32,554 bases of DNA from contig JAFGQB010000116.1 in assembly GCA_016935915.1 (NCBI GenBank), positions 1 to 32,554 on the forward strand, read 5' to 3'. The notes under the pieces were generated by a model, which made no database searches, was not told the origin of the DNA, and saw only the letters and a list, made by a program, of their open reading frames with translations. Both the position numbers and the translations under genes were made by a program. The stretch is from Spirochaetota bacterium. Its GTDB lineage: Bacteria > Spirochaetota > GWE2-31-10 > JAFGQB01. Shown in pieces: positions 25,817 to 32,554 of the stretch (positions within the stretch are counted from its first letter, which is position 1; each line of letters begins with the position of its first letter).

Positions 25817-26503
25817 TTAATAATTGGCAATCAATATTACAAATTCACCTGAAATTTTTTTTTCTTTTAATTTGTTTAAAGTATTTTCTGGTAAATCTAT
25901 TATTATATTTTCGTTAATTTTTGTTAATTCTTTACCTAAACATATCATTTTATCCGGAAATATTTCTTTGATATTTTCCAATATTTTTAAAATTCTATGA
26001 GGACTTTCATAAATTATATGAGTGGCTTCTATTCCTTTCATTTCTGATAATTTTTTTTTCTGTTTATTTACTTTTGGTGAAATAAAACCATGAAAAAAAA
26101 ATTTATCACACCTGAAACCGGATATTGTAAGAAGATTTAAAAATGCAGAAATACCTGTTATTCCGATAACGTCTAAACCTTTTAATCTGCATTCTTTTAC
26201 TATCAGATAACCGGGATCTGATATGCAGGGTGTACCTCCGTCTGTTATCAGTGCAACTGATTTATGACTTTCTAATAATTTAAGTATGCCGGCACAGGAA
26301 TATTTTTCATTATAGCTGTGATAGGTGATTAACTTTTTTTTAATATCATAAAAATTCAATAACTTTATTGAATGTCTTGTATCTTCACATGCGATGATGT
26401 CTACCGATTTTAATATATTTAAAGCTCTAATTGTAATATCTTCCAGGTTGCCTATAGGTGTTGAAACAATATATAAAGTTGATGGCTGTACTTTTTCGGA
26501 CAT
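25817..26503 (-). CDS. rsmI: 16S rRNA (cytidine1402-2'-O)-methyltransferase RsmI (tetrapyrrole-methylase fold)
   Basis: LYIVSTPIGNLEDITIRALNILKSVDIIACEDTRHSIKLL...ITDGGTPCISDPGYLIV are canonical RsmI blocks. 228 aa, somewhat short at the C-terminus. Confidence 0.8.
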   Translation of the reverse strand: MSEKVQPSTLYIVSTPIGNLEDITIRALNILKSVDIIACEDTRHSIKLLNFYDIKKKLITYHSYNEKYSCAGILKLLESHKSVALITDGGTPCISDPGYLIVKECRLKGLDVIGITGISAFLNLLTISGFRCDKFFFHGFISPKVNKQKKKLSEMKGIEATHIIYESPHRILKILENIKEIFPDKMICLGKELTKINENIIIDLPENTLNKLKEKKISGEFVILIANY

Positions 26504-26724
26504 TTTTATAATTTTATAATTTAAATTAGATTTTAATTATTTGAATATATTATAATAATTAAAAAATGTCCATAATATTAATAATTATATAATTTGTAAA
26601 ATTTAATTTTAATCAAAATGAATTTGATATTTAATCTTTATTATGATTATATAAATATATAAGGTAAATGTGGTTTGTATTAGATATTTATAAATCAAGT
26701 TGTTTATCATAGGAGATATTGAAT

Positions 26725-27618
26725 ATGATAAAGAGTAGTAATTCTTTAAGAAGGAAGTTTTTATTAATAATATTTTTATATATCATTGTTTTTTTTATTG
26801 CAGTAACAGTTATGTTTTTTTTATCTCAAAAATCAAATCTTAATTCTTTTATAATTTTTATTATTTATATATTTATTCTTAATGTATCACTAGTTGCAGT
26901 AATTTATTTATTCATTTCGATACATATATTAAAACCTATTAAACATTTAATAAATGATGTTAAAAATATTACAGATCAGGATGATTTTTCTATTAAATTG
27001 GATGTCAATAGAAAAGATGAAATAGGTGAATTGAAATATGAATTCAGCTCAATCTTAAAACAGCTTGATTTTTCAAGGAAAAAGTTTTCAGGTGCATTAT
27101 CAGAATTGTCTGAAATTGATTGGCTGACAAATGTTGGAAATAAACAGGGATTTGATAAGAAAATAATTGAGGAATTAAACAGGGCATCAAGACTCAGGAT
27201 ACCTTTTTCTTTAATGTTGATAGATATTGATAATTTTAAATATTTTATTGATAAGTACGGGCTGCAAAAAGGTGATCAATGCTTGATTTTTATTTCCAAA
27301 GCAATAAGAGAAACCTTTAAAAGGGCAGGGGATTATATTGCCAGATATGGTGGAGAAAAATTTGCTGTTATTTTGCCTAATACTGATACAAAAGGTGCAT
27401 TAATTGTTGCTGAGAAATTACAGAGGAAAGTATATGAGTTGAATTTGTCCGGTGAAACTTTGACTGTTTCTGAAAGAATAACCATAAGCATTGGAGTAAG
27501 TTCAACAATTTCAAAAATTAATTCCAGCCAGAAAGAATTAATACAAAATGCTGAAGAAGCACTTATGGATGCTAAAAATGATGGAAAAAACAGGATACGT
27601 TTAGTTAAAATTGATTGA
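26725..27618 (+). CDS. Membrane-anchored GGDEF-domain protein with a degenerate active site (GGEKF) and an intact RxxD I-site
   Basis: Two N-terminal TM helices. GGDEF-domain blocks: DWLTNVGNKQGFD, FSLMLIDIDNFKYFIDKYG, KRAGDYIARYGGEKFAVILPNTD (RAGD I-site exactly 5 aa before GGEKF, the same spacing as PleD RESD...GGEEF), and SIGVSS. Start placed at the ATG at 26725 (AGGAGA 8 nt upstream) rather than the TTG at 26719. Confidence 0.8.
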   Translation: MIKSSNSLRRKFLLIIFLYIIVFFIAVTVMFFLSQKSNLNSFIIFIIYIFILNVSLVAVIYLFISIHILKPIKHLINDVKNITDQDDFSIKLDVNRKDEIGELKYEFSSILKQLDFSRKKFSGALSELSEIDWLTNVGNKQGFDKKIIEELNRASRLRIPFSLMLIDIDNFKYFIDKYGLQKGDQCLIFISKAIRETFKRAGDYIARYGGEKFAVILPNTDTKGALIVAEKLQRKVYELNLSGETLTVSERITISIGVSSTISKINSSQKELIQNAEEALMDAKNDGKNRIRLVKID

Positions 27619-27625
27619 TTTAGAG

Positions 27626-27961
27626 TCAATCGATTATAATCCTATAGCAATTATCTTTAACGGATATTTTCATTTCATAATAGTTGTATAAATCAAATTC
27701 ATAACTTTCATTAGTGATAAATGAATGATTATTATCATTTCTTATAATAGTTATTTTGCCTTGTAATTTTTTATAGAACCAATAGTCTGTTTTTTTGTAG
27801 CTGTTCAAAAAAAATGCGATTTTTGTGCCGTTTATGGCAACGCTTTTAAAATCCCTCTCTGTATTATTATAAACTGAAATTATTCCAGTTGTTTCATTTA
27901 CAGTACAATTAAATAAGAAGATCAATAATGATATTAGTAAATAATATATAATTTTGAACAT
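27626..27961 (-). CDS. Small secreted/lipoprotein-like hypothetical protein
   Basis: 111 aa. N-terminal signal peptide MFKIIYYLLISLLIFLFNC with a Cys at a lipobox-like position (LFNC). No other motifs. Confidence 0.45.
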   Translation of the reverse strand: MFKIIYYLLISLLIFLFNCTVNETTGIISVYNNTERDFKSVAINGTKIAFFLNSYKKTDYWFYKKLQGKITIIRNDNNHSFITNESYEFDLYNYYEMKISVKDNCYRIIID

Positions 27962-28195
27962 AATAATTTAATTTATATTATTAATTATACAGCATTTTTT
28001 TAAAAATAAATATTATATAGGTCAAATTTCGAATAAATGTATAATAAACAGATAGTTTTTTAGACATTAAGTTTTTCTGTCATTGCGAAGGCTGAATGCC
28101 TGAAGCAATGACTTGTAATTTCAATGAATGAGGCGGCATCTCATGAAATTTCTTAGGTTAATCACTTATTCGACATTCGACCTATATAACAAATA

Positions 28196-28224
28196 TTTGC
28201 ATATAAAAAATTCTATTTATAGAC
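28196..28224 (+). promoter_or_regulatory. Candidate sigma-70 promoter (TTGCAT-N17-TAGACT) for the glycosyltransferase operon
   Basis: Read directly: ttgcat, 17-nt spacer, tagact. About 50 nt upstream of the 28275 start codon. Confidence 0.3.
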
Positions 28225-28274
28225 TCAATACATTATTTATGATATAAAATTTTGTAAAAAAGTCAGGTAATTTT

Positions 28275-29417
28275 ATGACAGTATTGGCTATTCACAATTA
28301 TTATAAACTAAGAGGCGGTGAGGATGCTGTTTTTGAAAATGAGACTTTATTGCTGGAGAAAAGCGGGCATAGAGTAATAAAATATATAAAAAATAATTCA
28401 GAAATTGACAATTATACTTTTTTGAAGAAAATTAAATTTTTATTTAAATGTATCTATAACAGTGAAACAATATGTGAGTTAAAAAAGATTGTAAAAGAGA
28501 ATAAAATTGATATTGTACATGTGCATAATGTTTTTCCTTTGATTTCTCCTTCGATATATGCTTTTTTTCATAAAAATAAAATAAGAGTGGTTCAAACTGT
28601 TCACAATTACAGGTTTATATGCCCTAACGGGTTGTTTTTTACGCACAAAGAAAAATGCACTCGATGTATTAAAGGCAACTTTCTAAATTGCATTATATTA
28701 AGATGCTATAAGGATTCTATAGTTTTTTCGATTTTATATGCGCTGATTATATTTTTAAATCAGGTAACTTTCAGGGAAAAGATTGCCAAATATATAGTTT
28801 TAACACAATTTGTAAAAGATATTTTTATTCAGGCAGGTTTTGATGCAAAAAAGATCTATATCAAGGATAACGGTTTAATTGATAAAAAAATTAAAAGAAA
28901 TAAAAACAAGGATTATTTTTTATTTTTAGGAAGAATTTCATTTGAAAAGGGTATTGACTTTTTAATGGAGAGTTTTTTAAAAATGCCTGAATATAATTTA
29001 ATGATTGCCGGAACCGGTGATAATCTGGAATATTATAAATCAAAATATAATTACCAAAATATTAAATTTAAGGGTTTTGTTAAAGATGAAGAGAAAATTG
29101 AGCTGTTAAGACAAGCCTCTGCTTTAATTGTTCCTTCAATATGGTATGAAAATTATCCTGTAACAGTTATTGAAGCCTTTAGCTGCGGTATACCGGTAAT
29201 TGCTTCAAATATCGGCGGATTGTCTTATATAATAGAGGATGGAGTAGATGGATTATTGTTCAAAATGCTTGATTATGATTCATTAAAAAAAAACATTGAG
29301 TTAATAAATAATAATGATTTTAGAAAAAAAATCGGGGACAATGCCAGAAATACTTTTTTAAAAAAAATGGAAATGTCGGAAAATATAAAAAGACTGATTG
29401 AAATATATGAGGATTGA
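28275..29417 (+). CDS. Glycosyltransferase family 4 (GT-B, retaining) protein
   Basis: 380 aa. The C-terminal GT4 donor-binding region is LFLGRISFEKGIDFL...GTGDNLEYY...SIWYENYPVTVIEAFSCGIPVIASNIGG (EX7E motif ENYPVTVIEA). Confidence 0.85.
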   Translation: MTVLAIHNYYKLRGGEDAVFENETLLLEKSGHRVIKYIKNNSEIDNYTFLKKIKFLFKCIYNSETICELKKIVKENKIDIVHVHNVFPLISPSIYAFFHKNKIRVVQTVHNYRFICPNGLFFTHKEKCTRCIKGNFLNCIILRCYKDSIVFSILYALIIFLNQVTFREKIAKYIVLTQFVKDIFIQAGFDAKKIYIKDNGLIDKKIKRNKNKDYFLFLGRISFEKGIDFLMESFLKMPEYNLMIAGTGDNLEYYKSKYNYQNIKFKGFVKDEEKIELLRQASALIVPSIWYENYPVTVIEAFSCGIPVIASNIGGLSYIIEDGVDGLLFKMLDYDSLKKNIELINNNDFRKKIGDNARNTFLKKMEMSENIKRLIEIYED

Positions 29418-29420
29418 CAG

Positions 29421-30188
29421 ATGAATAGGATTATTATAGGCGGACTGTTATTTAACAAACTAAGTTACTCTGATGCATTAAATGAACTTGATGAGCTAAT
29501 AAAAAATTATGACAAAAAAAAGACTAAATTAATCTGTTTTGCCAATCAGGATGTTGTAGCAAGATTTAATAAATTAGATCAAAAATTCATTAATGATTTG
29601 AATGATTTTTCTATAATTTTACCTGACGGTCAATCTATAATATTAGCTTCAAGATTATTAGGCAATAAATTAATAGAAAGGGTAACAGGTCCTGATTTTA
29701 TGAAAAAGTTCATGGAGCATAGTGCAGAGAGGGGGTATAAAAATTTTTTTCTTGGCGCAAAAGATGGTGTGGCAAAAAGGATGTCTGATAACTTTTTAAA
29801 AATATATCCGGATTTAAAAGTCTGCGGAATTTACTCGCCTCCATTCGGAGATTTTAGCGGGGAAGAAAATGATAAGATTATTAAAATGGTCAATAACAGC
29901 AAAGCCGATGTGTTGTGGATTTCCTTTGGCTGTCCGAAACAGGAAAAATGGGCATTACAAAATATTGATAAATTAAAAGTTCCTGTTTCCGCATGTGTAG
30001 GTGCTGCTTTTAACCTTCATGCAGGTATTGTAAAAAGGGCGCCATTATTTTTACAGAAGCTTGGATTTGAATGGCTTTACAGACTTTTTCAGGAACCCGG
30101 CAGATTATGGAAAAGATATCTGGTAGGTGGTATGGAATTTGTTTTTATTATACTAAAACAGATAATATATAAAAAAAATAAATTATGA
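29421..30188 (+). CDS. WecB/TagA/CpsF-family glycosyltransferase (GT26)
   Basis: 255 aa. The collinear blocks ILPDGQSII, GPDFMKKFMEHSAERGYKNFFLGAKDGVAKRM, VCGIYSPPFGDFSGEENDKII, ADVLWISFGCPKQEKWA and FEWLYRLFQEPGRLWKRYLV are typical of TagA/WecG. Confidence 0.85.
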   Translation: MNRIIIGGLLFNKLSYSDALNELDELIKNYDKKKTKLICFANQDVVARFNKLDQKFINDLNDFSIILPDGQSIILASRLLGNKLIERVTGPDFMKKFMEHSAERGYKNFFLGAKDGVAKRMSDNFLKIYPDLKVCGIYSPPFGDFSGEENDKIIKMVNNSKADVLWISFGCPKQEKWALQNIDKLKVPVSACVGAAFNLHAGIVKRAPLFLQKLGFEWLYRLFQEPGRLWKRYLVGGMEFVFIILKQIIYKKNKL

Positions 30189-30772
30189 AAATATTAACCA
30201 ATGAAACTGAAAATTCAATAATTGAAAAGAAATCAAAATTCATAACCAGAATTTTCAGAGTTAATAATGAAGATGATATAAAAGTCATTTTAAAGGATAT
30301 TAAAAAAAATGAAAAAGGTGCTGCGCATAACTGTTATGCCTATAGAATCATGCTCAATAATCAGATAATAGAGAGAAAAAACGATGACGGTGAACCTGGA
30401 GGAACTGCTGGAGCTCCTATGCTTGGAGTATTGACAGGTGAGAACTTAATCAATGTTTTGGTTGTCACAACAAGGTATTTTGGAGGGATCAAATTAGGTA
30501 CAGGGGGTTTGGTTAATGTTTATATAAAAGGTATCAGAGAAATTATAAAAAAATGTAATTTAGTTGACTTTGAGCAATATTCGGTATATAAATTAACCTT
30601 TCCGATAAATCAAACTGGTCACATTGAATATTTTATTAACAAATATAATATAAAAGTTAAGAATAAAATATTTAATAATGAAGTCTGCTTTAATTTGGAA
30701 TTAACTGAAAAACAAATAGAATTATTAAAGAAATTAATTTTAAATAAAGATTCAAGATTGGAAAAGCTTTAA
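30185..30772 (+). CDS. yigZ: YigZ/IMPACT-family protein
   Basis: 195 aa. The IMPACT N-domain signature is KSKFITRIF...NEKGAAHNCYAYRI...DDGEPGGTAGAPMLGVL...VVVTRYFGGIKLGTGGLVNVY. Confidence 0.8.
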   Translation: MKILTNETENSIIEKKSKFITRIFRVNNEDDIKVILKDIKKNEKGAAHNCYAYRIMLNNQIIERKNDDGEPGGTAGAPMLGVLTGENLINVLVVTTRYFGGIKLGTGGLVNVYIKGIREIIKKCNLVDFEQYSVYKLTFPINQTGHIEYFINKYNIKVKNKIFNNEVCFNLELTEKQIELLKKLILNKDSRLEKL

Positions 30773-30812
30773 TATATCTATATTTTAAATATAATCATTA
30801 ATATGAGGTTTT

Positions 30813-31544
30813 ATGAATATTTTACTTACAAATGATGACGGTTATCAAGCCGAGGGATTAAATTTTTTATTAAATTATTTTAGCAATAAAAAACATAAAG
30901 TCTTTACCGTAGCTCCTGACATTGAAAAAAGCGGTTGTTCTCATTCTTTGACTTTCAGTGATACGATCAGATTGGTTGAACATAAGCAAAATCTTTGGGC
31001 ATTAAAGGGCACACCTGTCGATTGCGTCATATTAGGTTTGCTTGGATTAGTTCCTGAAAAGATTGATATTGTAATATCCGGAATAAATCACGGTCCAAAT
31101 ATCGGGAGGGATATATTGTATTCCGGTACTGCAGCTGCGGCAAGACAGGCTGGACTCAGCGGGATGCCTGCCATTGCATTATCAATAAATGCCTGGCGTC
31201 CAAAATTTATTTTTGACACCATTGCAGTTTTTTTAGATAAATATTTCAATAAATTATTAAATGCAGATTTTAAGAATTATTTTTTCAACATTAACTTTCC
31301 AAATATTTCTTTTGATAAGATAAAAGGGGTAAAAAAGACTATACCCTGTATTAATCACTATTATCAGGACGAATTAATTCATTTTGACTCACCATATCAG
31401 GGAAGGTATTACTGGGTAAAAGGAAGTAACCCTGTTTATAAACTTGAAGAAGGTACTGATGCATATGCTGTAAAAAATGATTTTATATCAGTCAGTGCTG
31501 TCAAAATATTCCCTGAAGCAGTGGATTTTGATATTGAATTTTAA
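30813..31544 (+). CDS. surE: 5'/3'-nucleotidase SurE
   Basis: MNILLTNDDGYQAEGL (metal-binding DDG), SGINHGPNIGRDILYSGTAAAARQA and the overall length of 243 aa are canonical for SurE. Confidence 0.85.
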   Translation: MNILLTNDDGYQAEGLNFLLNYFSNKKHKVFTVAPDIEKSGCSHSLTFSDTIRLVEHKQNLWALKGTPVDCVILGLLGLVPEKIDIVISGINHGPNIGRDILYSGTAAAARQAGLSGMPAIALSINAWRPKFIFDTIAVFLDKYFNKLLNADFKNYFFNINFPNISFDKIKGVKKTIPCINHYYQDELIHFDSPYQGRYYWVKGSNPVYKLEEGTDAYAVKNDFISVSAVKIFPEAVDFDIEF

Positions 31545-32554
31545 AAAACAAATTTCAGATCAGCTCCAACGCAGACTTCTTTAGCACCAAAATTGCTAAT
31601 TAAGGCTTCCAATCCTTTAACTCCTATATCCATTTCAACAGGACCTAAATATAAGCCTATACCGAATGAAAAAGATGGGAAATTTGCCTGGGTATTATAG
31701 CTGAATGCAGCTCTTAAGGGTATTGCAAACCAGTTATAACCCGGCAGGATTTCTATGCCAGTGGAAACATTAAATGTCGGGTATCCGATTAAACTGATAT
31801 TATTCATATCGGAAATTGAAATGTCAGTAGACCATGTAAAAATGTTTTTTTTGAATGGTGTTACAGCTACTCCAAGTCTGAATGCTGTTGGAGCCATTAT
31901 CCATTCAATGTTTCCTCTTGTAATTTCTTCATTATATAAATCATTTCGCAGATTTGAGATGAATTGATCGAAAAAATTAAAGGCATTGCTTGTTTCCAGT
32001 TCAAAATCCACATCAAAGTTGACCTTACCTGCAGAAGGGAACACCATAAAACCTACATCAGTTGCTGCAAATCCAAGTTTAATGAATCTGTTGAACTGAA
32101 GAATAAATCCCAAATCAACACCCAAACCGAATGCTACAGTATTTGAATAATTTAAAACTTCTACCAAATATTTGAGTGAATCATGCTGTACTGAATCACT
32201 GTCAAAATTTGAAGATACAAGATCAAAGGAAGTTTGATATGAATTGGTTAAACTTCCATTTGTTGCGGCAATTAAATCACCGCGCATTCTTATGTCATAG
32301 CTGTCATAAAAACCAGATGAAGTATTTAATTTACCCGGTCCAATTCTTGTTGCTGCTTTTGATCTTAAGTATAAAGTCGGAAGATAAAAATGAACTGACA
32401 TGCCTGTAAAAATTTTTTCAATAGGCAGGCGTTTTTCTAAAAATTTTGCTCTTGTACTTAATGATAAATTGAAATCAATATAATTTAATGCATAAAATTT
32501 TATATCATAATAATTTTCTTTAGTTAAATCTAACTTTTGAAAAATCGTTCTGAA
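31541..32554 (-). CDS. Outer-membrane beta-barrel-like hypothetical protein, 5'-partial (the ORF continues past the window end)
   Basis: The reverse-strand ORF has no in-frame stop from 32554 down to 31541; the ORF-track M at 32401 is internal. It shows an amphipathic beta-strand pattern and ends with the C-terminal residues ...GADLKFVF (terminal Phe). Confidence 0.5.
   Translation of the reverse strand, partial: FRTIFQKLDLTKENYYDIKFYALNYIDFNLSLSTRAKFLEKRLPIEKIFTGMSVHFYLPTLYLRSKAATRIGPGKLNTSSGFYDSYDIRMRGDLIAATNGSLTNSYQTSFDLVSSNFDSDSVQHDSLKYLVEVLNYSNTVAFGLGVDLGFILQFNRFIKLGFAATDVGFMVFPSAGKVNFDVDFELETSNAFNFFDQFISNLRNDLYNEEITRGNIEWIMAPTAFRLGVAVTPFKKNIFTWSTDISISDMNNISLIGYPTFNVSTGIEILPGYNWFAIPLRAAFSYNTQANFPSFSFGIGLYLGPVEMDIGVKGLEALISNFGAKEVCVGADLKFVF

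Noticed and set aside
26719-26724. TTG start for the GGDEF protein
   Set aside because: The AGGAGA RBS would be only 2 nt from the TTG, and the ATG at 26725 has proper 8-nt spacing.
28039-28164. Possibility that the GC-rich island is a tRNA or SRP/6S RNA
   Set aside because: No cloverleaf can be drawn, there is no GTPsiC-like T-arm, and I could not recognise SRP domain IV or 6S features. It is kept as a generic structured-element candidate (see findings).
1-32554. Search for defence islands, transposases, integrases, toxin-antitoxin pairs or CRISPR arrays
   Set aside because: None of the translated ORFs shows transposase (DDE), integrase or Cas motifs, and no repeat-spacer arrays were seen. 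The region reads as core and accessory metabolism and signalling rather than mobile DNA.

Overview
This window is a chromosomal segment of a very AT-rich bacterium (roughly 25-30% GC by eye). Two outer-membrane beta-barrel-type proteins ending in a C-terminal Phe suggest a diderm cell envelope, and a FlgM anti-sigma factor suggests the organism is flagellated. No rRNA, tRNA, CRISPR array or obvious transposase was seen. Coding density is high on both strands. Three functional blocks stand out. (1) 2746-10630, minus strand: a YtrA-type GntR regulator, then a polytopic SPFH/stomatin protein, an ABC ATPase, two FtsX/MacB-type permeases, a LolA-like lipoprotein-sorting protein and an outer-membrane barrel. 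This looks like one envelope-stress-type efflux or lipoprotein-handling operon, with a perfect inverted-repeat operator candidate in its promoter. A second SPFH/prohibitin gene and asnA lie downstream. (2) 10829-19392: the most unusual part. It holds a serine-palmitoyltransferase-like alpha-oxoamine synthase with an N-terminal PilZ-like (c-di-GMP receptor) domain, a degenerate acyl-AMP/ACP-ligase-like enzyme, a large unknown protein coupled to a CheY-like receiver, a BioF2/FemAB-like GNAT acyltransferase, an acyl carrier protein and a B12-binding radical SAM enzyme. This is the known bacterial ceramide gene set (Spt, ACP, ACP synthetase, GNAT N-acyltransferase) in a new arrangement that appears to be under c-di-GMP control. 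A histidine kinase with an unrecognised N-terminal domain and a single-domain response regulator follow it. (3) 22489-27618: a second c-di-GMP theme, with a stand-alone PilZ protein, an EFR1-type flavodoxin/ferredoxin, a metal-site-dead Fe-ADH homolog, FlgM and RsmI, and a membrane GGDEF protein whose A-site is degenerate (GGEKF) but whose RxxD I-site is intact. The 3' end carries a glycopolymer-type operon (GT4, WecB/TagA GT26, YigZ, SurE) preceded by a GC-rich structured island flanked by inverted repeats in the intergenic region, which is a candidate sRNA or MITE.
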